NCBI GenBank assembly: GCA_030390025.1 | Contig: CM059432.1 | Coordinates: 5,766,001-5,830,000 of the forward strand | Length of the DNA: 64,000 nucleotides | Source of the DNA: Squalus acanthias | Taxonomy: Eukaryota | Direction: 5' to 3' | Part shown: in pieces, positions 37,830 to 51,108 of the stretch | How the letters are laid out: each line of letters opens with the position of its first letter | Position numbering within the stretch: the first letter of the stretch is position 1 | Notes under the pieces: generated by a model | The model's input: only the letters and a program-made list of their open reading frames with translations | Told to the model about the DNA's origin: nothing | The model's database searches: none | Position numbers and translations under genes: made by a program

Positions 37830-38292
37830 AAAAGACTTGCGTTTATACAACGTTTTTCACAACCACCGAGATGTTCCAAAGTGCTTTACAGCCAATGAAG
37901 TACTTTTGAAGTGTAGTCACTGTTGTAATGTGGGAAATGCAGCAGCCAATTTGCGCACAGCAAGGTCCCACAAACAGCAATGTGATAATGACCAGATTAT
38001 CTGTTTTTGTTATGTTGATTGAGGGATAAATATTGGCCAGGACACCGGGGATAACTCCCCTGCTCTTCTTTGAAATAGTGCCATGGGATCTTTTACATCC
38101 ACCTGAGAGAGCAGATGGGGCGTCGGTTTAACATCTCATCCAAAAGACGGCACCTCTGACAGTGCAGCACTCCCTCAGTACTGCAATGGAGTGTCAGCCT
38201 AGATTTTTGTGCTCAAGTCTCTGGAGTGGGACTTGAACCTACAACCTTCTAGACTCAGAGGCAAGGGTGCTACCCACTGAGCCACAGCTAAC
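37830..38292 (-). mobile_element. DeuSINE, full length
   Basis: Head to tail. Confidence 0.85.
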
Positions 38293-38377
38293 ACACAAAA
38301 GCTGTGTGTTTATTAACCTTTTATTGTATCGTTTTAAAGAGGCCACATCTCACGTGTTTTTAGTTGCAGTCTATTAA

Positions 38378-38735
38378 GGGCCTGATTTTAACTCCTGCTG
38401 GGAGTAGTGCGGGCGGCAGAAAACCGACCGGGCCTCCTACAGCCCGCTATTTTAACTCCCGGGCCCCATCTGCGTAGGCACCAGGCAGTCTCCCAGCCCA
38501 AGCCATTTCCGCGGGAAGCACTAGCTGGCCGGCGGGGGCGGGAGAGTGGGATTTCGGGCAGCAGGAAGCCCAAAGGAATGGTCCCAGGAATCGGATAAGT
38601 CGTTTGGGAGGGCATCAAGTTTGGGAGCGATGTTCCCTCTAAGCTGCGCGCGTGTGCGGCCGCGCAGTAATCTGCAAGGTCCCGCGCAGGCCGCGCACAA
38701 CCTATTACATCGGAAATACCGCGCACGCCCAGAAA
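38378..38735. mobile_element. Truncated or composite MITE-like CpG-rich element
   Basis: Starts gggcctgattttaac like other MITE ends in the window; no clear partner TIR. Confidence 0.4.
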
Positions 38736-38752
38736 TTGAAAGAGTAATTTTT

Positions 38753-39207
38753 TCTATTCATTCCCGGGATGTGGGCATCGCTGGCAAAGCCGGCACTTAT
38801 TTTCCATCCCTAACTGCCCTTGAGAAGGTGCTGGTGAGCCGCCTTCTTTGAACCGCTGAATATTATTGTTTTTCGTAGCGGTTTGATACAACTGAGTGGT
38901 TTGCTAGGCCATTTCAGAGGGCAGTTAAGAGTCAACCACATTGCCGTGAGTCTGTGGTCACATATAGGCCAGACTGGGTAAGGGCAGCAGATTTCCTTCC
39001 CTAAAGGACATTAGTGAACAAGATGGGTTTTTACAACAATCCAATAGTTTCATGGTCACCATTACTGACACTAGCCTTTTTTTATTCAGTTAACTGAATT
39101 TAAATTCCCCAGCTGCCGTGGTGGGATTGTGAACTCATGTCGCCAGATAATTAGTCCAGGCCTCTGGATTACTGGTCCAGTAACATAACCACTCTGCTAC
39201 CGTTCCC
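38753..39207 (-). mobile_element. SINE family B, near full length
   Basis: Head acggtagcagagtggttatgttactggacc; shared LINE tail. Confidence 0.8.
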
Positions 39208-39342
39208 CCTGAATTGCGCATTGAAAGAAACAGGCCGCGCAGAACAAAGTGCAGCTTACAGGGAACGTTGGTTGGGAGATGGGCAGAGAAGCCTGGAAGG
39301 TCCCGGGAGGCTCGTGGGGCCCAGAGGAGCACAAGGAAATAT

Positions 39343-39540
39343 GACCTCGCCTCTCCCTATCTCTGTAATCTCCTCCAGCCCTACAACCCTTTGAGATATC
39401 TGCGCTCCTCCAATTCTGGCCTCTTGAGCATCCCTGGTTTTAATCGCTCCACCATTGGCGGCCGTGGATTCAGCCGCCTAGGCCCTAAACTCTGGAATTC
39501 CCTCCCTAAACCTCTCCTGCTCTCTACCTCTCTCTCCTTT
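39343..39540 (+). mobile_element. L2 fragment (an L2 tail follows at 39826-39922)
   Basis: LASPYLCNLLQPYNPLRYLRSS...LGPKLWNSLP. Confidence 0.72.
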
Positions 39541-40501
39541 AATGATTGAGTTGGATACAATAGCCACTTGTGGTCACTCATTCCATATTCGAATAACCCT
39601 TTGTATGAAAATATTTCCTTTATGCTATTAATACTAATCTAAAATTCATAGCGAATTGGCATGGAGGAAGAGAGGAGAGGTGGTATTCTGAATAATAAGC
39701 CCCTTGTATCGAATTAGTAAGGAGGAAGATGAGTTTCAATCAATGGAAATCTTCTGCATCAATACAGTGGCACTGAATCATACTAAATCAAAAATACCAA
39801 CATAAAATTTACAAGTTTTCACTTCATGTGGCTCAGTGTCAAATTTTGTTTGATAACGCTCCTGTGAAGCGCCTTGGGATGTTTTACTGCACGAAAGACG
39901 CTATATAAATGCAAGTTGTTGTTTAGGCACCCTTTTAATGGTGAATAGCAGCCCATCAGAGCTACCTCCCCCTCTTCCCCCCCCCCCAGAGAATTGTACT
40001 GTTGACCAGTTTCCCTGAACCCCTTTCCATGTACAAGAAACCTGTGAAAGTTCGGCTTTGCATCATCTGGTGAGACCGTCCATCTTCCTTGCTGGCACAG
40101 CCTGCCTTGTGCGTAGACTGGTGCAGTCCCAGTCATGCTGACATTGCAAAATCCGAGCTTTTTTTGCAATCGCCAAACAAACCTCAACTTGCACATAAAA
40201 AGTTGATGCTACATTGTTCTGAGGTATTTACATCGAATTACACAGAATGTACGGCGCAGAAACGGGCCATTCGACCCAACTGGTCCATGCTGGTGTCTAT
40301 GCTCCACACGAGCCTCCTCCCTCCCCTCTATCAGCATACCCTCCTATTGCCTTCACCCTCATGTGCTTATCAAGCATCCCCTTCAGTGCATCAATTTAGT
40401 AGCAAACATCATAAAGACTATCCCTGGCATCTCCATTGGGAGCCATGAACCACATAATACCAGACTGCCAGCATTGACGGGCCTGCATCCTCCCTCCATT
40501 G

Positions 40502-41053
40502 GAACATAGGAACAGGAGGCCATTCAGCCCCGCGAGCCTGATCCGCCATTCAATCAGATCATCGCTGATCTGGATCTTAACTTAACCGCCTTGGTTCCGT
40601 AACCCATAATACCCATGCCTAACAAAAATCTATCAATCTCAGTTTTAACATTTTCAATTGACCCCCCAGCCTCAGCAGCTTTTTTTGGGGGTAGGGGGGG
40701 AATTGTGTTGATGCTAATTTGTTTCATAAGAACTAGGAGCAGGAGTCGGCCATACGGCCCCTCGAGCCTGCTCCGCCATTCAATAAGATCATGGCTGATC
40801 TTCGACCTCAACTCCACTTTCCCGCCCGATCCCCATATCCCTTGATTCCCCTAGAGTCCGAAAATCTTTATCTATCTCAGCCTTGAACATACTCAACGAC
40901 TGAGCATCCACAGCCATCTGGGGCAGAGAATTCCAAAGATTCACAACCCTCTGAGTGAAGAAATTCCTCTTCATCTTCGTCTTAAATGGCCGAATCCATA
41001 TCCCGAGACTATGCCCCCCTGGTTCTAGACTCTCCAGCCGGGGGGGGGAAACA
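40502..41053 (-). mobile_element. Two adjacent CR1 3' fragments (40502-40690 and 40726-41053)
   Basis: FFTQRVVNLWNSLP and CR1 3' UTR tails. Confidence 0.8.
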
Positions 41054-41061
41054 GACTCGTT

Positions 41062-41704
41062 GGGCTGGATTTTCATTGACCCGTGGAGGTGGGTTTGGAG
41101 GCGTGTGGGGGGTTAAAATTGCGAAAACTGGCGGGCGGGCACGAGCCCGCCTCCACGCAATTTTCATTAAATCGTGTCTGCTGGTCCCGACTCCGTCCCA
41201 CCTCTAAGAGGCGGGATAGGCTGTTAAGGCCCTTAACAAGCACTAAATTGCCTCTATAATGCCATTTTGAAAGGCCTTTGTGATTTTAACCCTTTTTCTA
41301 CGTGAAGCACCCCTGTTCTGAACCACGAATGTGAAACCTGGCGGGAGCACATTTGGATAGCTGACGCTGGCCGGCCGATCTGGGAGTGGTGGTGGATGGG
41401 AGACATATCTGGGAGTGGTGGTGCAAAAATATCTGGGAGCAGACTTAGGGCTGCTGCTGCTCATTTTGCATCCAGGTCCTCTCACAGCGAAGGCCAGGCA
41501 GTCTTTGCAGACCTTCAATGCAGCAGCAATGATGACATCATCAGAGGCGACTTTCAGACTGAAAACACTAATTGGTTCATGGGTTCCCACATGCTGGAAC
41601 TCAATTGCCCAATTAGGTGAAAATCGCATCAATCTCCCACATCCAATTGCAGTCGGAAAGTGGATGACACGACCCCAACCCGCCCCAGTATCAAAATCCA
41701 GCCC
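41062..41704. mobile_element. PIF/Harbinger-like MITE (family M1, copy 2, inverted relative to copy 1)
   Basis: TIR gggctggatttt / aaaatccagccc; 3-bp TSD gtt at 41059-41061 and 41705-41707. Confidence 0.85.
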
Positions 41705-42211
41705 GTTGCTTTCAACTTTGCTTCTTGGCTTTCCAGGCCCCTGTTGATTTCTCTCCACTTTCTGGGCTCCCAAACTGGCAGCATCTTATTCCCAGCTCTG
41801 CCGGCAGTGACCCTGCTGCCCGAAAGGGGACAGCCTCCTGCCTTGACAATTTCTCGTTCTTTCTGTCTGAATGTTCGCATCTTGAGCTGCGAAAGCACAG
41901 GCATCTATTCAGTAACTGGTTGCTGCAAACTGCAAATTCAATCCATCCAAGACAACACAGCAGGGGAGTTGCAAACAAAAATTGTCACTTCTTTTTTTAT
42001 TATAATGGGTAGCCATGGAAACAAGGGAGTAATCTGAAGCTTGACATGGTGATCATATCAGGTCAACTTGCTTGTCATTGAATTAGTCACTGCCCTAGCC
42101 TCAGGCTTCCTGTATACACCTGCACAAAAACGTGTTCATCGATACAAGTAATTGAGTCAAATGAGCTCTGATCCCACTTCAACACCTACAGGAATACCAA
42201 GCCAATTGTTG

Positions 42212-42470
42212 GGGGCGATTTTAACCTCTACTCGCTCAGCAGAAACCTGGCGGGCGAACCGTTAAAATCGCCCCGGCTCTTAGCTGCCTCGATCGCAATA
42301 CCTGCGATTTTAACCTGCTCTCCTGATCAGGCAGCAAGGAGACACCCGCCCAGAGCCAACAGGGTCCTTCTTTACATATGCATGTTGCGGCCCGATGACA
42401 TCATTGAGACCCGACTGTAATTTTAACTGGGGCCTGAGTGGGGAATCCACCCGGAGTTAAAATCGGGGCC
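42212..42470. mobile_element. Short MITE (family M2)
   Basis: Ends ggggcgattttaac / gttaaaatcggggcc; internal 14-bp inverted repeat at 42212-42274; ttg on both flanks. An inverted copy lies at 46643-46900. Confidence 0.65.
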
Positions 42471-42932
42471 TTGTTTCCAGTTCACTGGATTCTTTAAATA
42501 CTTGTTTCTACCACAGAGAATTTTACTATCACCTATTAGCGCACGTTTTTTAAAATTTAGTCTGTCTGAATCACTCAATTAACAGCACCTTCTCTTTGTT
42601 TCAATTTTCACCGCTTAAATCCGTTGGCGGTCTATTACTGGTTTCTCTGGCTCAGTGTGGTGCCATCTTGCACACCATTCTTTCCATACACTCTCCCTTC
42701 TCCACTCTGGCCCTGCTTGACTGGCAGGCCCTGGGTCCAAGGGTTGATACCAATGGAAACTGCAGCTTAACCACAGCCACAAAGAGCCGCCAACTTAAAA
42801 TGTTGATGATTACCAGGTTGGCACACTGCAAGCTTCCTTCCTGTTCAAATCTGCCATTTAAAAGGTGGACAAGGTTTTTATTGAACCCATTGCACAGTCC
42901 TCACATACACAATGGTAACAGGTCTGCCTATG

Positions 42933-43340
42933 CCAGCCAGTGGCTCAGTGGGTAGCACTCTCGCCTCTGAGTCAGAAAGCTGTGGGTTCATACTCCCACT
43001 CCAGGGACATGAGCACATAGTCTAGGCTGACACTCCAGTACAGTACTGAGGGAGTGCTGTCTGTCAGATGAGATGTTAAACCGAGGCCTCGTGTGGACTT
43101 AAAAGATCCCACAGCACTATTTTGCGGGAGGAGTTCACCCCAGTGTCCTGCTCAACATTTATCTCTCAACCAACATCACAAAAAAAAACCAGATTGTCTG
43201 GTCTTTTATCTGAGTGCTGTGCACAATTTGGCTGCTGCGTTGCCCACATTACAACAGTGACTACAAAAAGTACTTCATTGGTTGTAAAGCGCTTTGGGAC
43301 GTCCTGAGGTTGTGAAAGGCGCGATAGAAATGCAAGACTT
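42933..43340 (+). mobile_element. DeuSINE (diverged)
   Basis: Head to tail, with deletions. Confidence 0.75.
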
Positions 43341-43708
43341 ACCTTTTTCTTTTTATTTTATATTATCTACTCTGTGTGTAGTATTTTGAAACATGATCCA
43401 CTTCTCTTCCATACCTTTCCCCTCCAATATTTCCGTCCAGTGCAGGTTCCTTGGCACAACCCTCATTCCGTAAAAATCTGCCTTTCTAAAATTGATCTTT
43501 TCTAAGCCTAACCTCAAGCTTTGCCCTATTGTGGTCACTGTTGCTGAGGTGCTGTATGACTGGAACCTACTCTAATATCTCCTGGTGGCTACTTAATATC
43601 AAGTCCAATAATACTCCTGCTCAAAAGAGTTCCTTGACTAATTGTTCCCCATAATAATCCAACACTGTATTCGGGCTTATTTTGACTCCTATTGCACCCC
43701 TTACATTG

Positions 43709-44399
43709 TAAGAACATAAGAATTAGAAGCAGGAGTAGGCCATTCGGCCCCTCGAGCCTGCTCCCCCATTCAATAAGATCATGGCTGATCTTCGACCTCA
43801 ACTCCACTTTCCCGCCCGATCTCCATATCCCTCGATTTGCCATGAGACCAAAAATCTATCGATCTCTGTCTTGAATATACTCAACGACTGAGCATCCACA
43901 GCTCTCTGGGGTAGAGAATTGAATTCCAAAGATTCACAACCCTCAGTGAAGAAATTCCTCCTCATCTCAGTCTTAAATGGCCGACCCCTTATCCTGAGAC
44001 TATGCCCCCTAGTTCTAGACTCTCCAGCCAGGGGAAACAACCTCTCTGCATCTACCTTGTCAATCCCCCTCAGAATCTTATATGTTTCAATGAGATCACC
44101 TCTCATTCTTCTAAACTCCAGAGAGTACAGGCCCAATCTACTCAATCGCTCCTCATAGGACAGCCCTCTCATCCCAGGGATCAATCTAGTGAGCCTTTGT
44201 TGCACTGCTTCTAAGGCAAGTATGTCCTTCCTCAGATAAGGAGACCAAAACTGTGCACAGTGCTCCAGGTGTGGTCTCACCAAAGCCCTGTACAATTGTA
44301 GTAAGACTTCCTTACTCTTGTACTCCAGCCCCCTTGCAATAAAGGCCAACATGCCATTTGCCTTCCCAATTGCTTGCTGTACCTACATGCTAACACTCT
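43709..44399 (-). mobile_element. CR1 3' fragment
   Basis: MLAFIARGLEYKSKEVLLQLYRALVRPHLEH...; ttcttatg-type tail. Confidence 0.88.
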
Positions 44400-45114
44400 G
44401 GGCTGGATTTTCAATGACCCGTGGAGGCGTGTGGGGGGTTAAAGTTGCAGATTCGGGGGTCCCAACCCCATCCCGACTCCATTCTGCTTCCACGCGATTT
44501 TGACAAAATCGGTCGCGGGGTTCCCGCCTTCAAGAGGCGGGAGAGGCCATTAAAGCCCTTAACAAGCCCTAAATTGGCTCTGTAATGCCATTTTGAAACG
44601 TTTTAGCTAGTTTAACCCTTTTCTGACGTGAAGTACGCCTGATGTGAAACACGCCAGTGAAACCTGGCGGGAGCACAAGTGGATAGCTGACTATCAGCTG
44701 CAGGTCCACTATTACAACGGAGATGTGATGAAGGTAGTAGTAGTATTAGGTCTGAAAGTCGCCTCTGATGCTGCTGCATTGAATGTCTTCAGAGACTGCC
44801 TGGGAGGACTTGGTTGCAAAAAAAATTCTTCTCTCTCTCTCTCAGATGCTGCTCATTTTGCATCCAGGTCCTCTCACAGCAAAGGCCAGGCAATCTCTGA
44901 GACCAGGCAGGCAGTCTCTGACCTGCAATGATGACATCATCAGAAGACTTTCAGACTGAAACCACTAATTGGTTCATGGGTTCCCACATGCTGGAACTCA
45001 ATTGCCCAATTAAGTGAAAATTGCATCAATCTCCCACATCCAATTGCAGTCGGGTGGATAACACGAAATGCGGATGACATGACCCCAACCTGCCCCAGTA
45101 TCAAATTCCAGCCC
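44400..45114. mobile_element. PIF/Harbinger-like MITE (family M1, copy 3, diverged variant)
   Basis: TIR gggctggatttt / aaattccagccc; internal blocks shared with copies 1 and 2; flanks tct/ttt. Confidence 0.8.
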
Positions 45115-45445
45115 TTTGTGTCCTCCTCACAGCTTATTTTGGGGGGTTTTACTCCAAATATTTCTCTCAGTTTCAGTGTCTCAGACCATTCCTTTTGGCA
45201 AGCCCTGACTCCCTATGAGCTGAAGTGTGCCTTATACCTGCCCGATATTTCGATAACTTGCGTCGAGTTCAGGGCTCAACAAGAAAGCCGTTATCACTCT
45301 ATTTCAGCTTACTGAGTAAATCACATGTCCTCACGAATCTCCCTTGACTTTGGGAGCTGGTAGAACAGTCAAACCGTTAAACCATAGCTTAGGCAATAAA
45401 ATATCAAATAGGTACATTCAACAGTGAATGGGTAAGCGAATATTA

Positions 45446-45605
45446 GCAATGAACACACTCAACAGAAGCTCGAGGAACAGCACCTCATCTTTCGATCAAG
45501 CACTTTACAACCTTCCGGCCTCAACACTGAGTCCAACTTCAGATCATAACCACCGCTTTCATTTTCTCAGACAGCGGGTGCTGGTAATGGTTCTGCTGTT
45601 GCTAT
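45446..45605 (+). mobile_element. Penelope-like element fragment (GIY-YIG C-terminus)
   Basis: The frame at 45460 reads QQKLEEQHLIFRSSTLQPSGLNTESNF, resembling the E..I..L.TL.P.GLN motif that ends Penelope GIY-YIG domains. Confidence 0.55.
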
Positions 45606-45631
45606 CTACTTTGGAACTAAAAAGGATAGAA

Positions 45632-46352
45632 CAGGGTACTTTCTAAATGGTAAGAAGCTAAAAACAGTGGAGGTCCAAAGAGCCTCGGGGGTCCAGGTAC
45701 ATAGATCATTAAAATGTCATGAACAGGTACAGAAAATAATCAAAACTAGAATACAAGGGGGTAGAAGTTATGCTGCAGCTGTACAAAGCCCTGGTTAGAC
45801 CACACCTGGAGCACTGTGAGCAGTTCTGGGCACCACACCTCAGGAAGGATATATTGGCCTTGGAGGGAGTGCAGCGTAGGTTTACCAGACTGATACCCGG
45901 ACTTCAAGGGTTAAATTACGAGGAGAGATTACACAAATTAGGGTTGTATTCCCTGGAATTTAGAAGGTTAAGGGGTGATCTGATCGAAGTTTTCAGGATA
46001 TTAAGGGGAACAGATAGGGTAGATAGAGAGAAACTATTTCTGCTGGTTGGGGATTCTAGGACCAGGGGGCAGAGTCTAAAAATTAGAGCCAGACCTTTCA
46101 GGAGTGAAGTTAGGAAACACTTCTACACACAAAGGGTGGTCGAAGTTTGGAACTCTCTTCCGCAAATGGCAATTGATGCTAGATCAATTGTTAATTTTAA
46201 ATCGGAGATTGATAGATTTTTGTTAACCAAAGGTATTAAGGGATGTGGGGCAAAGGCGGGTATATGGAGTTAGGTCGCAGATCAGCCGTCATCTCAATGA
46301 ATGGCGGAACAGGCTCGAGGGGCTAAATGGCCTCCTCCTGTCCCTATTCCTA
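45632..46352 (+). mobile_element. CR1 3' fragment
   Basis: LQLYKALVRPHLEHCEQFW...VWNSLP. Confidence 0.87.
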
Positions 46353-46642
46353 TTTACACCTTCTCTGGACCCATCTTTTGTTTCTTGTGTTATGTCTGTT
46401 CTTGGGGTATTGTGTGTCAAAACAAGCTGGGCCATGTTCTGTGAGTAAAGTTGGTGAACCATGACAGAAATAAAGAAGCTAATGACAAGATACACCATGG
46501 ACAAAAAAGCACGCTTCCTGTCAGATACTCTTCATAGATTTCCCAATCTACCTGTGATGAATTGAAGTCACCCGTAAGATTAAATTGGGAACTGGGCGTG
46601 TGGAGAATCTTAGGTATTGGTTACATGAGCAGAGGCAATATT

Positions 46643-46900
46643 GGCCCCGATTTTAACTCCAGGTGGATTCCCTGCTCAGGCCCCGAGTTAAAATTACAGT
46701 CGGGTCTCAATGATGTCATCGGGCCGAAACATGCATATGTAAAGAAGGACCCCGTTGGCTCCGGGCGCCTGTCCTGGCTGCCTGTTCAGGAGAGCGGGTT
46801 AAAATCACAGGTATTGCGATCGTGGCAGCTTTTGGACAGCTAAGAGTCAGGGCGATTCTAACGGTCCACCCGCCAGCTTTCTGCTGAGCGAGTAAGGGTT
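46643..46900. mobile_element. Short MITE (family M2, inverted copy)
   Basis: Reverse-complement similarity to 42212-42470. Confidence 0.62.
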
Positions 46901-47436
46901 AGTTCAGTATCACACCAACAGCTGCATTTACCCAGTGCATCAAAAAATCTAGCTGTCGCTGAATTGAATGAAGCCCAATTAAAAGTGTAGACTTTACTTC
47001 CTGAAGGTGAAACCAATGCGCAAAAAAAAATGTGGCCAGCTTCCCAGAAGGTTAAATAAATTGGCCCAGCTCGGAGCTGACACATACAGAACAAGTAGGC
47101 GCCAGGTGTGCTCACTGGTCTGTGCTGTTAGTGTTGGCTAGTCTCAGCCAGGGTCCCGGCACAGGCACTTCTGATTGACAAGAGTGCCTCTAAATTAGGG
47201 AAGGAAAAACACGTTTGCTGCTCCAGCTCTGGGTTGTTAGCCAGTGACTCCTGCTAGAGGTGAAGATATGTGGACATTGAGTGGGCTTGGCTCCGAAGCC
47301 TTTGCAGCCAACTAGTCTGCCAACACCCACTGCCAAGGCTCCCGTACGTATGACGGCCATTTGGACAAGGTACCAGAGGCGGGCTGATGTCTATGGAACT
47401 GTTCTCCAGCAAGGAATCAATGCTTTCAAAAGAAGG

Positions 47437-47815
47437 GGCAGTGGAGGGGGGGTGGGGGCGTGAGGCGGGGGGGGGGGGGGGGGTGGGGGGGGATGGGGTG
47501 TGGGATGGGAGCGGGGAAGGGGGGGGGATGGGAGTGTAGGTTGGGAGCAGGGGGGGGTTTGGAGGGGATGGGAGCGGGGGGGGATGGGAGCGGGGAAGGG
47601 GGGGATGGGGGTGGGATGGGAGCGGGGGGGTGGGGGTGGGATGGGAGCAGGGGGGATGGGAGCGGGGAAGGGGGGTGGGGGAGCGGGGGGGTTGGGGGGT
47701 GGGATGGGAGCGGGGGGGATGGGAGTGGGGAAGGGGGGGTGGGGGCGTGGGATGGGAGCGGGGGGGGGTGGGATGGGAGCGGGGGGGGATGGGAGCGGGG
47801 AAGGTGGGGGGGGGA
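47437..47815 (+). repeat. G-rich tandem repeat (GGGATGGGAGCGGGG-like units)
   Basis: Directly visible. Confidence 0.9.
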
Positions 47816-48653
47816 AAGGAGGACTGGCTATGGAAAATTGGCAAGAAAAATACTAGGAGCTGTCTGCCAGGGAAGGAGCGACTGCAAATCCCATGCACTG
47901 CCTCGAGATCTTATCAATCTCCATTGGAGGTCATGTCAGTTCCATGAGCCTGAACTGGTTCAATCTGTTGCAGTCCAGGACATTTTGCAGAAGTAGATTT
48001 CATCATTTGGAGCTGACAGGACCGAGCAATCCATTGAAAAGTTCAGACATCCAGTAACCTCGGTAACGCTGTTTCAAGTCACACGTCAAACGTTACTGGA
48101 TAACAGAAGGGCTGATTTTAATCCTCTTCATCCGCTGGGAACTGCGCGGGCGGGAGGTTAAAATGGCGGTCGGACAGTTCCCGCTGCGTTTGTGCCCAGC
48201 GCCATTTTAACGGGGCTGATTTTGGTGTCAGGGAAGGCGCCTGACAACGGGCAGGCATCGCCCTGCCCAGGGACGTCCCTCCCGCTTGCCCACAATCCCC
48301 TCCGGACCACCTTCCCCCTGACCACTTCGCTTAGTACTGGGGACCAATCCCCCACCAGCGGTCTCCTGCCATGCAAAGTCCTGCTCCCTAATTCGTGCAA
48401 TATGACATCATAAATGAGCCAAGACAAATAAATACCATCGCTGTCAAGGTACAATCTGTATGGGTGCGCACATACCAGAGATCAAAAGAAGTTATTTTAC
48501 AGAAGTTGGTTGACATTTCCACCTAATTTTATTTGTATATTGCTCCTGTGAGAACATCAGTCTTGTCCCTCATTCATTCTACCTTCCTCTGACCCACTTA
48601 CAGTAAGCTTCGTAATTGTTTTTTTTCAGTATTTATAACATCAGGTTCACTCC

Positions 48654-49193
48654 TGTCAGCTGTGGCTCAGTGGGTAGCACTCTCGCCTCTGATTCAGAGG
48701 GTTGTGTGGGTTCAAGGTCCACTCCAGGGACTTGACCACAAAAATCCTGGCTAACAATTCAGTGCAGCACTGTCGGAGGTGCAGTCTTTCAGATGAAACG
48801 TTAAACCGAGGCCCCATCTGCTCTCTCAGGTGGACGTAAAAGATCCCAGGGCCACTATTTCAAAGAAGAGCAGGGGAGTTCTCCCCGGTGTCCTGGCCAA
48901 TATTTATCCCTCAACCAACATCACTAAAAACAGATTATCTGGTCATGATCGCATTGCAAGTCTTTCAGGGGAGGTCTCCCCGATGTCCTGGGCCAATATT
49001 TATCACTCAAGCAGCATCATTAAAAAACAGATTATCTGGTCATTATTACATTGCTGTTTGTGGGAGCTTGCTGTGCGCAAATTGTCTGCCGGGTTTCCTA
49101 CATTACAACAGTGGCTACACTTCAAAAGGTTCTTCATTGGCTGTAAAGCGCTTTGGTGTGTTGTGAAAGGCGCTATAGAAATGCAAGTTTTTC
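48654..49193 (+). mobile_element. DeuSINE with an internal chimeric duplication
   Basis: The ggggagttctcccc...attatctggtc block occurs twice, joined by tgcaagtctttc. Confidence 0.8.
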
Positions 49194-49383
49194 TTACGAG
49201 TGCACACGTTCATATTAGTGCAGAGGCCCAAACCTACTTCTAAATTATTACACACAGTAATGCAGTGAAGTAGTTTTATGGTTATTACACATTACCGACA
49301 ATTTCAAATAATAACTGTGACATTATTTTTTTAATATTGGCTCGACCATGCACTGAATCTTCGATACACATCAAGTTATCACA

Positions 49384-49675
49384 TCTCAGGATAAGGGGTC
49401 GGCCGTTTAAGACTGAGATGAGGAGAAATTTCTTCACTCAGAGGGTGGTGAATCTTTGGAATTCTCTACCCCAGAGGGCTGTGGATGCTGAGTCGTTGAG
49501 TGTATTCAAGGCTGAGATCGATAGATTTTTGGATTCTATGGGAATCGAGGGATATGGGGATAGTGCAGGAAAGTGGAGTTGAGGTCGAAAATCAGCCATG
49601 ATCTTATTGAATGGCGGAGCAGGCTCGAAGGGCCATATGGCCGACTCCTGCTCCTAATTCTTATGTTCTTATGTT
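49384..49675 (+). mobile_element. CR1 3' end
   Basis: LRIRGRPFKTEMRRNFFTQRVVNLWNSLP; ttcttatg tail. Confidence 0.87.
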
Positions 49676-49759
49676 GACCTCAGTCCTGACACTGCAGGGA
49701 AGAACCAGACAGAGGGAGACAGAAGGGAGCGTCGCCCCAGTCACTCTCGCGTAACTCTG

Positions 49760-49895
49760 TTGGTTGAGGGATACATAATGGCCAGGACACCGGGGATAAC
49801 TCCCCTGCTCTTCTTCGAAATAGTGGCCCTGGGATCTTTTACATCCACCCGAGAGGGCAGACGGGGCCTCGGTTGAACGTCTCATCCCAAAGACC
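49760..49895 (-). mobile_element. DeuSINE internal fragment
   Basis: Match to the central SINE domain. Confidence 0.7.
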
Positions 49896-50212
49896 TCTGA
49901 GTGGACAGTGTCAGAGCAACACTGCTGTACCTTGGAGTGATTACCTCAACCTCTCAACCAGCCTGATGCATGGCACAGGGAGACAAAGAAAGAGATGAAC
50001 TACCTGAGAAGAGGGAGTCTCACCCACGGCAAGCAAAGACTTGTATTCTCATGTGTGCTGCCTTCTATCGCCACGCTCACCTTGTTCAGCCACATTCTTT
50101 TCATGGCGGACACCTACACTACACCGTGTTGTCAGCTGTGGTTCAGTGGGCGGCACCCTTGCCTCTGGAATCAGAAGGTTGTGGGTTCATAATCCCACTA
50201 CAAGAGACTATA

Positions 50213-51105
50213 GGGGGAGAAATTCAGTATTGCCCCATTTGGGGCGCAATTATCGGCTGGGCGCAAAGATTAGCGCCTGGCGCTAATTATCGCCACCGAC
50301 TGCAAACTTGACTTTTATCGCCCCTGGAGGTGATTGGAGCGCTATATCAGGCGCTTCACACCTGTCTTAAGGCGCAAAGGCCGAGGAGCGAGGCGCTACC
50401 TCAGAGCGCTGGCGAAGCTCATGTAATGTAAGTCAGCAATGGAACACACACACAATGGCACGGGCCAGTTCTTAAAGGGGATGGTTAATCTTGCTTTCCA
50501 TCCACATCCTGCTCATTGCAGCCTTGAATCTCGGCCTGGAGAGACCTGCACATCAAATGTGCTGGAAAGAACAATGGAGAGTACCAGGCAAAGAGCTCAG
50601 AGTGCAGCCCCCACAGTCTCTGCTAAATCGATACAAGGAATGGCAAATCAAAATGAACCTGCAAAGTGCTGCTCAGTACCCAAAACTCCTTCACACAACG
50701 TTGAATCTCTCCAGAAGTCTCTCTCTCTCTCTCTCAGAATGCGTAGTTCAAAAATGGCACCAACAATAAAAGGCAGGAAGCGGTCACCTTTAAATAGCGC
50801 TCCCCCTTTCCCTTCATGACTGCAGAACGCTCCCCTCAACCTGTCGTTGCTAGCGTCAGGCGGTAAGGCAGGGGGCGCCACTCAATATCCGCTCCGGGGC
50901 GATACCGGGGCGTTGTGCACTCGAGTGACGTCATGATCTGCCAGCGCAGGAGATCGTGGCAGTAGTGTTTAGCGCCGCCGCAAAATGTCTAGTTAATTTC
51001 GCGAGCGGCGCAAACTTCGCCACGCCTGGGCACTAGATGCTTTGCGCCCCATTAGCGCCCTCTTAAGGCGCTAACGGGAGGCGCAACCAACTGAATTTTT
51101 CCCCC
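50213..51105. mobile_element. MITE / non-autonomous DNA transposon
   Basis: TIR gggggagaaattcagt / actgaatttttccccc, TA on both flanks, and arms rich in ggcgc repeats. Confidence 0.75.
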
Positions 51106-51108
51106 TAT

